Shown here: piece after piece, positions 1 to 7,110 of the stretch
Position numbering within the stretch: position 1 is the stretch's first letter
Layout: each line of letters opens with the position of its first letter
Virus record (IMG/VR): IMGVR_UViG_3300032087_000962
Coordinates: 1-24,677 of that record
DNA from: a virus
Taxonomy: Duplodnaviria; Caudoviricetes
Direction: 5' to 3' (one strand)
Length of the DNA: 24,677 nucleotides
Notes under the pieces: generated by a model
Seen by the model: only the letters and a program-made list of their open reading frames with translations
Databases searched by the model: none
Told to the model about the DNA's origin: nothing
Program-made: the position numbers and the translations under genes

Positions 1-91
1 ATCTAAACCTATATTCTTGTATAAGGCTTTCTACTATTGCATCTGAATATGTTTCTTCTTCTAATTCAGCTAATTTCTTGCGTGTGTCCAT
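1..91 (-). CDS. Hypothetical phage protein, N-terminal part (runs off the left edge): MDTRKKLAELEEETYSDAIVESLIQEYRFR...
   Basis: ATG at 91-89 overlaps the TAA of the upstream ORF (TAATG); the frame stays open to the window edge. Translated by hand. Confidence 0.6.
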   Translation of the reverse strand, partial: MDTRKKLAELEEETYSDAIVESLIQEYRFR

Positions 92-555
92 TATAATAAA
101 TCAAGTTCTAAATGTTTTATGTCTATATATCTTACTTTAACTAATATATCTTTTTTGCCCCATTTTTTTCGGGTGTAAAATTTAAAATAATCAGATTTAT
201 ATGTTGTTTCTTCGTATGTATTATTTTCTACAAATTTTAGCAAGTCTTCGCGATAGTAAATAGAAAAACAATCTAATTCGTGAATATGCATTGCAATATA
301 TAATGCTTCGCCTCTTAACCAACCCTTGTTCCCATTTACATTAGTATGCTCAAGCCATATGGTTTCAAGATGCCTATTTCCTTTTACATCTACACCGTAA
401 CCATTGACATAACAATCTATATGTTTATACCAATCATCTCGTAAAGTACCTTTCTTGTATTTTAATCCCTTTGCTTTTATTTTTTCTTTAAATAAATTTT
501 CAAAGAAATCTCCATCTTTTTTACATCTATCTAATCTTTCTTTGCGAACATTCAT
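91..555 (-). CDS. PD-(D/E)XK-superfamily nuclease-like protein
   Basis: HIDCYVNG..VDVK catalytic-type motif and IWLEHTNVNGNKGWL motif; ATGA-like overlap with the exonuclease gene. Confidence 0.6.
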   Translation of the reverse strand: MNVRKERLDRCKKDGDFFENLFKEKIKAKGLKYKKGTLRDDWYKHIDCYVNGYGVDVKGNRHLETIWLEHTNVNGNKGWLRGEALYIAMHIHELDCFSIYYREDLLKFVENNTYEETTYKSDYFKFYTRKKWGKKDILVKVRYIDIKHLELDLL

Positions 556-1214
556 CGATAGCCTAATTTAAGCAAATGATAACATTCTATAAAACGTTCT
601 CGCCCCTTTGAGCGATAGATTTTTTTAAATAGACCCAAAACCTTCTTTTTGTAGCCAAAGTCCGTAGAAACGCCCTCAAATAACTTTTTAGCGTATGCTT
701 TGCCATAACCCTTGCAATAATTGACATTATCTGCAGTATCACCCACTATCATTTGCTCGTAAAAATTATACAAGGCTTGACGCTTATTTAGTTGTATTAT
801 TTTTCTTTGATTGTAGTTGTATATAGTGCCTTCAAACTGTTTGTAATCTTTGTCAATAGAAATAATAATACAATTTTCGTGTCCTATCTTTTGTTGAAAT
901 ATAGCTACTAAGTCATCGGTTTCCATTCCATTAGCTATCTCAGGTTTGTAATAATGTTCAACATATTTACACAACTGATTAAAATATTGTGGTTTTTCGC
1001 TCGTTCTATTAGCTTTATATTTTTTTGTAATGTATTTCCTAAAATTATTTCTTGAAAGCCCAAAAGGAATAACTTCTTCTACCTCCCATAATTCTTCTAA
1101 ATCATTTACTGCTTTTTGATAGTTTTCATCAAATTTAAACATAGCCTCCTCAGCAGATTCTATATTATAGCAACTTGAGTAGAGTAAACTATCTATGTCA
1201 AATAAAAGAATCAT
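552..1214 (-). CDS. 5'-3' exonuclease / flap endonuclease (T7 gp6 / T5 D15 / PolI 5'-nuclease family)
   Basis: LLFDIDS, NFRK, YKANR, ETDD, SIDKD and GDTADNV...KGYG (H3TH) motifs. Confidence 0.9.
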   Translation of the reverse strand: MILLFDIDSLLYSSCYNIESAEEAMFKFDENYQKAVNDLEELWEVEEVIPFGLSRNNFRKYITKKYKANRTSEKPQYFNQLCKYVEHYYKPEIANGMETDDLVAIFQQKIGHENCIIISIDKDYKQFEGTIYNYNQRKIIQLNKRQALYNFYEQMIVGDTADNVNYCKGYGKAYAKKLFEGVSTDFGYKKKVLGLFKKIYRSKGRERFIECYHLLKLGYR

Positions 1215-1342
1215 TTTGTTTCAGGGGTTTTTTCCAAATCATCTAATCTTTTTGTTAATTGTTCTAACCTTAACGCCAAGACATAAAGTGATTTTTCAAC
1301 ATTAGCTATTCTTTGTTGCTGAGTTATTCTTTGCTTCCTCAT
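1211..1342 (-). CDS. Small coiled-coil hypothetical protein, 43 aa (MRKQRITQQQRIANVEKSLYVLALRLEQLTKRLDDLEKTPETK)
   Basis: Translated by hand; fills the gap; TGA overlaps the exonuclease ATG (ATGA); heptad Leu pattern. Confidence 0.65.
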   Translation of the reverse strand: MRKQRITQQQRIANVEKSLYVLALRLEQLTKRLDDLEKTPETK

Positions 1343-1556
1343 ATTTTTGTATTTGATTTTTCATTGCTTCAATAAATCTTTCTTCATCTGACTGCCTTGC
1401 TTTAATCGCAAAATGCATTAAGCCATCTAAATCGTGAAATAAAGAATCAGCATTCCACACAATATGATGCGCGTCATTTAGAATATGCACTTCACCATAT
1501 TCTTGCCATAATGTATGTGTTTCGTGAATATAAATTTCTGTTACTTTGTTTCCCAT
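1302..1556 (-). CDS. Hypothetical protein
   Basis: ORF track; co-oriented and overlapping its neighbours. Confidence 0.7.
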   Translation of the reverse strand: MGNKVTEIYIHETHTLWQEYGEVHILNDAHHIVWNADSLFHDLDGLMHFAIKARQSDEERFIEAMKNQIQKYEEAKNNSATKNS

Positions 1557-1789
1557 AATTGATTAAGTTCTTGTTTTAATTCTGTGTGTTTTTCTTGTAG
1601 CAAGTCGAAACTATCTTTGTACAGCTGTCTTTCAAGCTCTATCATATTTGTATGTTCTACAATATACTGAAATGACTTAATCAAGTTTTGTAACTCTACA
1701 TTGTTTGGTTTCTTTTCATACCATTTTGTCAAAACATCTAAAGCATAATTTGATGAATTTAAAAATATGTATGAATGTAGGTTATGCAT
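1541..1789 (-). CDS. Hypothetical protein with C-terminal coiled coil
   Basis: ORF track; co-oriented and overlapping its neighbours. Confidence 0.7.
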   Translation of the reverse strand: MHNLHSYIFLNSSNYALDVLTKWYEKKPNNVELQNLIKSFQYIVEHTNMIELERQLYKDSFDLLQEKHTELKQELNQLWETK

Positions 1790-2006
1790 ATTTTTTAATT
1801 ACATCTTGTTCAACGGCATCAAATACATCGTCTGTTAAATATTCTATCAAATTGAAGTGGTTATCAACCCCTATAAAATTAATCTGAACGTCAAACGGAA
1901 CGGGGGCATTAAAATAATCACCCCTATCTTGCGGTCTGTATGTAGCTTTATAGTAAAAGTCCACGTCACCGTTGTAGGTAAAAAAATCTTCTATTGCTTT
2001 CCACAT
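1782..2006 (-). CDS. Hypothetical protein
   Basis: ORF track; operon packing. Confidence 0.7.
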   Translation of the reverse strand: MWKAIEDFFTYNGDVDFYYKATYRPQDRGDYFNAPVPFDVQINFIGVDNHFNLIEYLTDDVFDAVEQDVIKKYA

Positions 2007-2008
2007 AA

Positions 2009-2218
2009 TTAATCTTCTTTTAGTTTGTTAGAAATTTCTCTGTAATCCACTTGTCGAACAAACGCTCTTGCGTAGTCTAAAGCTAGATGTGGAGATTGTT
2101 CTAAAATTTCTTCAACATAATCTTTACATTTTTCTGCATCCCAATCTTCTTGCATTCCGTCAAAAATTTCTAAGTTGATTCGCCAAGTTTCGTAGTTAGT
2201 CCATCCGTTAAATGACAT
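2009..2218 (-). CDS. Conserved phage early protein of the 'NGWTNYETW' type, function unknown
   Basis: N-terminal FNGWTNYETW and C-terminal VDYREI motifs, which I recognise as recurrent in phage small acidic proteins. Confidence 0.75.
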   Translation of the reverse strand: MSFNGWTNYETWRINLEIFDGMQEDWDAEKCKDYVEEILEQSPHLALDYARAFVRQVDYREISNKLKED

Positions 2219-2223
2219 AATAA

Positions 2224-2334
2224 TTAATTTAAAAGGTTAGATAAAATAGTTCCTAATTGATAACCTATATAAGCAAAGGCAAAGTATAGGAACGCTGATT
2301 GTAGTTTTTTGAATAGTTTTCCAAGTGTTTTCAT
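2224..2334 (-). CDS. Small membrane peptide, 36 aa (MKTLGKLFKKLQSAFLYFAFAYIGYQLGTILSNLLN)
   Basis: Translated by hand; fills the gap exactly; basic N-terminus followed by a hydrophobic helix. Confidence 0.6.
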   Translation of the reverse strand: MKTLGKLFKKLQSAFLYFAFAYIGYQLGTILSNLLN

Positions 2335-2336
2335 AA

Positions 2337-2564
2337 TTAACGCAGTTGTTTGCCACACAAAGGATAAAGCCTTGTGTAGTATGATTGACCTTTTTTAATT
2401 TTCTTTTTGTTGTCTAAAATAATATCTTCTGTAGCAACCGCATCAATGCGGCTATAATAGCCTATTTTATCTCTGTCGGCTTCTTTAATTATTTTAGTTC
2501 CGATAAGTTTCGTGTCGATAAGATATTCTACAAAATATCCGATATCTTTAAAAACTGGTTTCAT
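2337..2564 (-). CDS. Hypothetical protein, first gene of a putative early operon
   Basis: ORF track; lies directly downstream of a TATATTTG promoter with an A-rich leader AAACCAATCAAAT-ATG. Confidence 0.75.
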   Translation of the reverse strand: MKPVFKDIGYFVEYLIDTKLIGTKIIKEADRDKIGYYSRIDAVATEDIILDNKKKIKKGQSYYTRLYPLCGKQLR

Positions 2565-2583
2565 ATTTGATTGGTTTATGTTT

Positions 2584-2591
2584 CAAATATA
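2584..2591 (-). promoter_or_regulatory. Bacteroidota sigma-A promoter -7 element (TATATTTG)
   Basis: Exact TAnnTTTG in an intergenic gap 19 nt upstream of ATG 2564; the 17-mer caaatataaaaaataaa is identical to 7111-7127. Confidence 0.75.
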
Positions 2592-2630
2592 AAAAATAAA
2601 TTTTAATTACAAACAAAAAAGTTAAAAAAA

Positions 2631-3080
2631 TTAATATTTAAAATCTTCTTCGGTAAGTGTATTATAATCTACAAGAGATGCTAGGCGTTCGGGCAACAAG
2701 TAAACTTCTTTCTCTTTTCGGTCTTTTGACCACATCGTAGTGGATGGGCATCGAATACTTTTAACGGGTGGTAATTCCATTTGATTTAACCAAAACAAAT
2801 AACTACCCTTATTATCAAAAACATAATAAAGTTTAACCACATCATCGGGTAAGGTCATTAACTTATCGTACTTGTATTTTTCAAGCATCTTTTCTTTGTA
2901 GTACTTTTGGCGTACTTTTATTTCTACCACGCATTTATTTCCGTTAGGACTTAATCCCCTTAAATCATAAAAAGTATTTTCATCGCCTACCCAGTCCAAA
3001 TGAAAGTTTAAAAAGCCATTCATCAGTAAGGCAATGGTCTTTTCATATGTTTCTGATTCATCCTTTGTCATAAAGTTCAT
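2631..3080 (-). CDS. PD-(D/E)XK-superfamily nuclease-like protein
   Basis: FYD...VVEIKVR motif followed by MLEKYKYDKL. Confidence 0.65.
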   Translation of the reverse strand: MNFMTKDESETYEKTIALLMNGFLNFHLDWVGDENTFYDLRGLSPNGNKCVVEIKVRQKYYKEKMLEKYKYDKLMTLPDDVVKLYYVFDNKGSYLFWLNQMELPPVKSIRCPSTTMWSKDRKEKEVYLLPERLASLVDYNTLTEEDFKY

Positions 3081-3255
3081 TTATAGCGTTAATTCTTTGT
3101 TGCCAAACTTTACCGCTACACCCACAATTCACAGTTATTCTTTTGTTTAATTCTTCTGCAAATATCTTTACAATTAATTCTCTATCAGCTTTGGTAAGGT
3201 TGTTTGATTCTACTGATCTAAATTCAGTCCAGTAATCATAGTTTTCTTGTTTCAT
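3058..3255 (-). CDS. Hypothetical protein with CGC motif
   Basis: ORF track; VNCGCSG; ATGA-coupled to the upstream small ORF. Confidence 0.7.
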   Translation of the reverse strand: MKQENYDYWTEFRSVESNNLTKADRELIVKIFAEELNKRITVNCGCSGKVWQQRINAINELYDKG

Positions 3256-3389
3256 TTTCTAAACACTTTTATATTGTCTAACTTTTCTTTTCTTTCTTTA
3301 CAACCGCAGTCATCACCCCATATCTTTTTTACGACCCAAGCAATGCCTGTAAACTTAAATATCTTCTCTAATAGCGTTCCAAGTTTCAT
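3252..3389 (-). CDS. Small protein, 45 aa, with DCGC motif (MKLGTLLEKIFKFTGIAWVVKKIWGDDCGCKERKEKLDNIKVFRK)
   Basis: Translated by hand; LG..EKI...TGI...DCGC.ERKEKL pattern that I recognise from Bacteroidota phages; ATGA overlap with the next gene. Confidence 0.75.
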   Translation of the reverse strand: MKLGTLLEKIFKFTGIAWVVKKIWGDDCGCKERKEKLDNIKVFRK

Positions 3390-3885
3390 AACTATCTTTT
3401 ATTTCGTTTTTAATTATTTTAATTGTATGACGAATAGATTCATATGATAAACATAATTCTCTAGACAATTGCTTCATACTTTTTTTTTCTAGCATTACTT
3501 CATTAAAAATGGTAGCGTGATAAATATCTTCTAAATCTTCAATGTTTTCATAATTTATTTTTTGTAAAGTATTATCATTAATCCACTTTGTTATGTACTG
3601 ACTTTTTAATGTGTCGGTTTCTATGTATTCTTCTTCTTCTATGTGTGGTATTTCTTCGGTAAAGTGAAACCGCTTTTCTTTTTTCTTTAAATCAAATACC
3701 ATATTCCTTAAAACTAAATAGACGAAATAGAAATTAATCTTTTCGCCTATCATAATGTCTTTTTGATAATTAGACATTTTTAAATAAAACTCTTGCACAA
3801 TGTCTTGCGCTGTATCTATATTTACATTAAATTTTAAAACATAATTAATCCAAAGATTATGATGTTTTGATAATAAATGAAGCAT
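3355..3885 (-). CDS. Phage-encoded sigma-70/ECF-like RNA polymerase sigma factor
   Basis: Region 2-like AQDIVQEFYLKM...YLVLRNMVFD..KK and region 4-like HTH KSMKQLSRELCLSYESIRHTIK; 176 aa, typical ECF size. Confidence 0.75.
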   Translation of the reverse strand: MLHLLSKHHNLWINYVLKFNVNIDTAQDIVQEFYLKMSNYQKDIMIGEKINFYFVYLVLRNMVFDLKKKEKRFHFTEEIPHIEEEEYIETDTLKSQYITKWINDNTLQKINYENIEDLEDIYHATIFNEVMLEKKSMKQLSRELCLSYESIRHTIKIIKNEIKDSYETWNAIREDI

Positions 3886-4028
3886 TATAGGTCAAGTTCA
3901 ATAGTCAAAAGTAGTAAATATAATTTAAGTGTTTGATAAGGAAATTCCTCACTAGGATTTAGCACTTCCCACCCTAAACATAATCTTTGATGTGGTAAGC
4001 TAAATATTAATCTTAATTGCCAATCCAT
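3885..4028 (-). CDS. Small hydrophobic protein, 47 aa (MDWQLRLIFSLPHQRLCLGWEVLNPSEEFPYQTLKLYLLLLTIELDL)
   Basis: Translated by hand; starts immediately after the helicase stop and ends in a TAATG overlap with the sigma gene. Confidence 0.7.
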   Translation of the reverse strand: MDWQLRLIFSLPHQRLCLGWEVLNPSEEFPYQTLKLYLLLLTIELDL

Positions 4029-4955
4029 TTATGCTTTTCTTAAAAAGGTTTGTTGCTTTTTGTTTTGTAAGACTGTTTTTAAAATGTTTTGTCCATCTAT
4101 TTCAAAGCCTACGTTATTAATCATAGACTTTAATTTTATTGGTTCGTCTAATGGTGTTGGTCTACCACCGCTTTCGGTTTCTTTAACTTTTCTTATGTGT
4201 ATATGTGTTTGATTCCAATCGCTTGGGTGTTGAGTGTATCTATGTACTACCATAAAATCATCAGCACGATTAACAAACTTTGCCCCACCTTCAACATCAC
4301 CTGCATTTGGGGGTATAGGATAACCTCCATATTCGTGTCCTAAAAAATGTGTCATTCTAATTGCACCTGTATTAGCGTGGGTGTTAAGCCATAAACTAAT
4401 TTCGTTTCGCTTACAAAATTGCCTTAATTCTGTCATTGCTTGGTAATCGTAACTATGCCCGTCAATATTTTTAGACATTTCAGCGTCTTTTATTAAACTG
4501 TTATACGGATCAATTAACATACCTTGATAATCCCACGCAGCTTTGTACGCCTCTCCCAATTTAATTAAATCTTTATAACTATACAATTTTTCAGGACTAA
4601 TAAATTTAAAATAATTCTTAATAACCTTGACAGCATATTGATAACTGTCATCTCTTAGTTTATTTAAAGGTTCAGATAAAGTATATTCTATTAGTTTTCT
4701 TATAATTGAGTATGGTTCGTTTTCACTACTAAAAACAATCCATTTTATATTATGCCTTAATGAGTATAGCAACATCAAATAAAGTGCTACTGATGTTTTA
4801 CCGACATTGGCTTGACCTAATATTACATTAAAGTTTCCTTTCTTAAATCTAAAGTATTCGTCTATTTCGGGTATACCTAATTTATAACCTTCTCGAATTT
4901 CACCTTTTCTTATTTTTTCAAGGTGTTGTAATTGTTGTAAGTAATCTATTAACAT
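4029..4955 (-). CDS. DnaB/Twinkle-like SF4 replicative helicase (RecA-fold domain only)
   Basis: Walker A GQANVGKT, FSSEN, Walker B LIDPYN, LNTH, GGAKFVNRAD and HIRKVK motifs. Confidence 0.88.
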   Translation of the reverse strand: MLIDYLQQLQHLEKIRKGEIREGYKLGIPEIDEYFRFKKGNFNVILGQANVGKTSVALYLMLLYSLRHNIKWIVFSSENEPYSIIRKLIEYTLSEPLNKLRDDSYQYAVKVIKNYFKFISPEKLYSYKDLIKLGEAYKAAWDYQGMLIDPYNSLIKDAEMSKNIDGHSYDYQAMTELRQFCKRNEISLWLNTHANTGAIRMTHFLGHEYGGYPIPPNAGDVEGGAKFVNRADDFMVVHRYTQHPSDWNQTHIHIRKVKETESGGRPTPLDEPIKLKSMINNVGFEIDGQNILKTVLQNKKQQTFLRKA

Positions 4956-4962
4956 TGTTTGG

Positions 4963-4970
4963 CTAAGTTA
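4963..4970 (-). promoter_or_regulatory. Variant -7 promoter element (TAACTTAG) upstream of the helicase
   Basis: One mismatch to TAnnTTTG; sits between a terminator U-tract and the helicase ATG, 7 nt away. Confidence 0.45.
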
Positions 4971-4971
4971 T

Positions 4972-4997
4972 AAAAAAAAAGGGAGGCAAAGCCTCCC
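4972..4997 (-). terminator. Rho-independent terminator after the SSB gene
   Basis: Minus strand reads GGGAGGC-TTT-GCCTCCC followed by T9. Confidence 0.9.
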
Positions 4998-5002
4998 GTT
5001 AG

Positions 5003-5308
5003 TTAAAATGGTAAGTCATCTTCTCTGTCAGGTTGCTGCGCTGCAGCGGTCAATTCTTCTTTTTGTTCTGCAGTAGTTATATTGCCATCTGTCCATATAA
5101 CCCTGCCATTACCAACATAAATACGGTCTTGTTTTGCTTCTCTTTCTTCTCTTGATTGTGAAACAATAACCGAAGCATTTTTGCCATATTGATTTGTTTG
5201 GTCATTGACATTAAGGGACAAATTAATATAAGTACCTTTTTTTCCTTTAATCATTTTTTCTTTTGGTAGCTTAGTTAAGTCTAAACTAAAATTTACAATT
5301 GCACTCAT
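5003..5308 (-). CDS. Single-stranded DNA-binding protein (phage type)
   Basis: Acidic C-terminal DDLPF tail, beta-rich core (GKKGTYINLSL, YVGNG), located between the annealing protein and the helicase. Confidence 0.7.
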   Translation of the reverse strand: MSAIVNFSLDLTKLPKEKMIKGKKGTYINLSLNVNDQTNQYGKNASVIVSQSREEREAKQDRIYVGNGRVIWTDGNITTAEQKEELTAAAQQPDREDDLPF

Positions 5309-5325
5309 TTTAAAATATTTAAAAA

Positions 5326-5439
5326 TTAATCTTCTTCTTTACTAAATGTTGCGTTTTCACGACAATCGCTGCATCGACCATAAATATCATCTAATTCACT
5401 ATATGGAGATGCGCCACAACAGTTGCTAATATAATTCAT
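5326..5439 (-). CDS. Small zinc-ribbon-like protein, 37 aa (MNYISNCCGASPYSELDDIYGRCSDCRENATFSKEED)
   Basis: Translated by hand; SNCCGA...GRCSDC motif; ATGA overlap with the upstream ORF. Confidence 0.75.
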   Translation of the reverse strand: MNYISNCCGASPYSELDDIYGRCSDCRENATFSKEED

Positions 5440-5579
5440 TCTTCTAATATATTTAGTTCTTTTAATCTAATCCAAGAATAACAGTCAGAAAGTGTTCCTA
5501 TAAATGCGGTTGTTTCAGAACTCTTACACTCGGTAATATAATAACCATTTTTAAAATAACGTACAGTATACTTATCCAT
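5436..5579 (-). CDS. Small hypothetical protein, 47 aa (MDKYTVRYFKNGYYITECKSSETTAFIGTLSDCYSWIRLKELNILEE)
   Basis: Translated by hand; overlaps both neighbours in typical coupled fashion. Confidence 0.65.
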   Translation of the reverse strand: MDKYTVRYFKNGYYITECKSSETTAFIGTLSDCYSWIRLKELNILEE

Positions 5580-5955
5580 TTTTAAAACTTTCTGATTCAT
5601 CTTCACCAAATACGCCCAACTGATAAAAGCCAGTCATCTTTAGTACTGCTCTTGACATTGCCCTTTTCTCTGCCATCTCGGCAATGTACCAACTTTGCGT
5701 ATTTCCGTTTTTAAAATCACCGTGTTTAGCAGATCCAAAAGTTTCTAAATAGGCATCGCCTTTTGTTACTGTGGCTTTAAATACTGCATAGTCAGGTTCA
5801 CATCTTACAACTTCATACTTAATGTTTAGTTGTTCTTGACCTAATATTTTTTCAATACCTTGTCTTGTGATAATTGTGTAGTGCTGATGCTTAAAAAAGT
5901 CAGCAGGTTGTAAATTGTACTTTTGATAAAGTTCTCTTAATTTAGTTTTGTCCAT
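5572..5955 (-). CDS. Putative single-strand annealing protein (Rad52/Sak/Red-beta-like fold)
   Basis: IITRQGIEKI and AEMAEKRAMSRAVLK...GVFGEDE motifs; position upstream of SSB. Confidence 0.55.
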   Translation of the reverse strand: MDKTKLRELYQKYNLQPADFFKHQHYTIITRQGIEKILGQEQLNIKYEVVRCEPDYAVFKATVTKGDAYLETFGSAKHGDFKNGNTQSWYIAEMAEKRAMSRAVLKMTGFYQLGVFGEDESESFKNG

Positions 5956-6142
5956 TTACTTCTAATTTGGCGGTTAAAAATTCATTTTCTTGTTCTAATT
6001 CTGTAATGCGTTTAGCCATAGCTTCAATACGAAGCATAGGAAACTTTAGGACATCATTTTTCAGTTCCTTTAGTTCGTTATACATTAAATAGTTTTCGGT
6101 GTGTTTGGCTAGGCCAAGCAGGTAAGTAAATCTTTTTTCCAT
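5942..6142 (-). CDS. Hypothetical coiled-coil protein (start revised from 6187 to ATG 6142, MEKRFTY...)
   Basis: The track's N-terminal extension overlaps a TATATTTG promoter; ATG 6142 has an A/T-rich leader. Confidence 0.7.
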   Translation of the reverse strand: MEKRFTYLLGLAKHTENYLMYNELKELKNDVLKFPMLRIEAMAKRITELEQENEFLTAKLEVNGQN

Positions 6143-6165
6143 AATAAAATTAATTGTTAGATATT

Positions 6166-6173
6166 CAAATATA
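6166..6173 (-). promoter_or_regulatory. Bacteroidota -7 promoter element (TATATTTG) for the recombination/SSB operon
   Basis: Exact TAnnTTTG 23 nt upstream of ATG 6142 and downstream of a terminator. Confidence 0.7.
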
Positions 6174-6205
6174 AAAATTTTTGTCAATAAAAAAAAATAT
6201 TATAT

Positions 6206-6234
6206 AAAAAAAGAGAGGACATTGCTGCCCTCCC
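6206..6234 (-). terminator. Rho-independent terminator
   Basis: Minus strand reads GGGAGGGCA-GCAA-TGTCCTCTC-T7: 9-bp stem with two G-U pairs and a GNRA loop. Confidence 0.88.
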
Positions 6235-6283
6235 TAAAACTTCTAACCAATCAAATTAATATGAAAAACTCATTTAATTAGGT
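6206..6283 (-). ncRNA. Candidate trans-acting antisense small RNA (~75 nt)
   Basis: Bounded by TATATTTG (6284-6291) and the terminator (6206-6234); contains UUUCAU-AUUA-AUUUGAUUGGUU, complementary to the leader and start codon of gene 2337-2564. Confidence 0.55.
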
Positions 6284-6291
6284 CAAATATA
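6284..6291 (-). promoter_or_regulatory. Bacteroidota -7 promoter element (TATATTTG) immediately after the NinG stop
   Basis: Exact TAnnTTTG; no plausible protein gene before the next terminator. Confidence 0.6.
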
Positions 6292-6292
6292 A

Positions 6293-6697
6293 CTAAAACT
6301 TTTCTTTTTCCAAAACTTTTAATCGATTTGTGTAATCTTCTATCATTTCTTCTATCTCAAAATCTGAAAATTTTACAGTTTCCCTTGATCTATATAATAA
6401 AACATCTGAATAACCTTCGCCATACTTTTCATCTATAAACTTTGAGAACAAATACTGCTGCCCTTGTTGCATTACATTACACCCATAACATTGGGGAAAT
6501 ACATTGTCCTCCGACCATCTAGTCGAGTAATGCTTTCTTGACATAAAATGTCCTGCTTGTATTTTATTGATAGGGTACTTTCGGTTGCAGGTTACACATT
6601 CAACAAAGTTGTTCCTTAAATACTTTGTACGAATATATTTTGAAAATACCCTATCTAATGCTACGATAAGATTCTTACGACTTTTCCTTTTTTTCAA
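6293..6697 (-). CDS. ninG: NinG/Rap-like HNH junction-resolving endonuclease
   Basis: LDRVFSKYIR, CVTC, AGHFMSR..YSTRWSEDNVFPQCYGCN motifs; TTG start in a TTGA overlap. Confidence 0.85.
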   Translation of the reverse strand: MKKRKSRKNLIVALDRVFSKYIRTKYLRNNFVECVTCNRKYPINKIQAGHFMSRKHYSTRWSEDNVFPQCYGCNVMQQGQQYLFSKFIDEKYGEGYSDVLLYRSRETVKFSDFEIEEMIEDYTNRLKVLEKEKF

Positions 6698-6846
6698 GGG
6701 ATAATTGTGTTGTCTATTTTACCGATTAGGTAACGAAGGTTTTCTTTGTCTACTTTTGTTTCTATGACTTCTTTGTAAGTATATAATTTAATGTCATAAA
6801 ATTCATCTGATCCTTCGTGTTGTTTTATTCTGATCTCTAATTTCAT
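6694..6846 (-). CDS. Small hypothetical protein, 50 aa (MKLEIRIKQHEGSDEFYDIKLYTYKEVIETKVDKENLRYLIGKIDNTIIP)
   Basis: Translated by hand; its TGA overlaps the NinG TTG start. Confidence 0.7.
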   Translation of the reverse strand: MKLEIRIKQHEGSDEFYDIKLYTYKEVIETKVDKENLRYLIGKIDNTIIP

Positions 6847-7110
6847 ATCTATACATCAAACCCTTTACCCTGCATACTATATATTTAGGATTTTAGGTGT
6901 ATTAAACACATTTTAGCAATTTATATTTCAAACGCATCCCTGCAAGTGCGTATGGCGTATTTATCAAACTTTCGTTCGTGCATTGACCGATTTGTTGGTT
7001 TGTGGAACATTGATCGGATTTACCATTCAATATAAAGAACTGTATTTAGCTACTTAATCTTTTCGCTAATCTTGACATTTGAGTAGGTCAAATCGGAGTA
7101 AACACCTGCT
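6847..7110 (-). ncRNA. Candidate structured non-coding RNA / long leader / replication-origin region
   Basis: Largest gap without a convincing ORF; begins right after a TATATTTG promoter; GAAA-capped hairpin and several helices. Confidence 0.4.

Noticed and set aside
587-596. Fourth CGTTTTATAG match (ctataaaacg) upstream of gene 91-555
   Set aside because: Lies within exonuclease codons (RFIE) and lacks the CAAWT element at the 16-nt spacing.
3906-3913. TACTTTTG as a dedicated promoter for the sigma gene
   Set aside because: Matches TAnnTTTG 20 nt upstream of the ATG but lies in Leu-Leu-Leu codons of the 47-aa ORF; cannot be distinguished from chance without start-site data.
6143-6187. N-terminal extension of ORF 5942-6187 from a TTG start
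   Set aside because: Overlaps the TATATTTG promoter; ATG 6142 is the more plausible start.
6261-6281. Plus-strand mini-ORF MKNSFN with a good-looking leader
   Set aside because: Six codons, with no plus-strand promoter seen; promoter and terminator polarity indicate the minus strand is transcribed, so it is better explained as an antisense mimic of a leader.
3888-7093. Repeated TAGGTCAA (3888, 6279, 7084) as a possible operator
   Set aside because: Only 8-10 bp, non-palindromic, also occurs in reverse inside coding LGQ codons (~4812, ~5836), and no repressor is evident; weak.
6847-7110. tRNA, hammerhead-type ribozyme, CRISPR mini-array or protein gene in the long gap
   Set aside because: No cloverleaf with T-loop, no CUGAnGA/GAAA core, no regularly spaced repeats; ORFs of only 10-29 codons without coupling.
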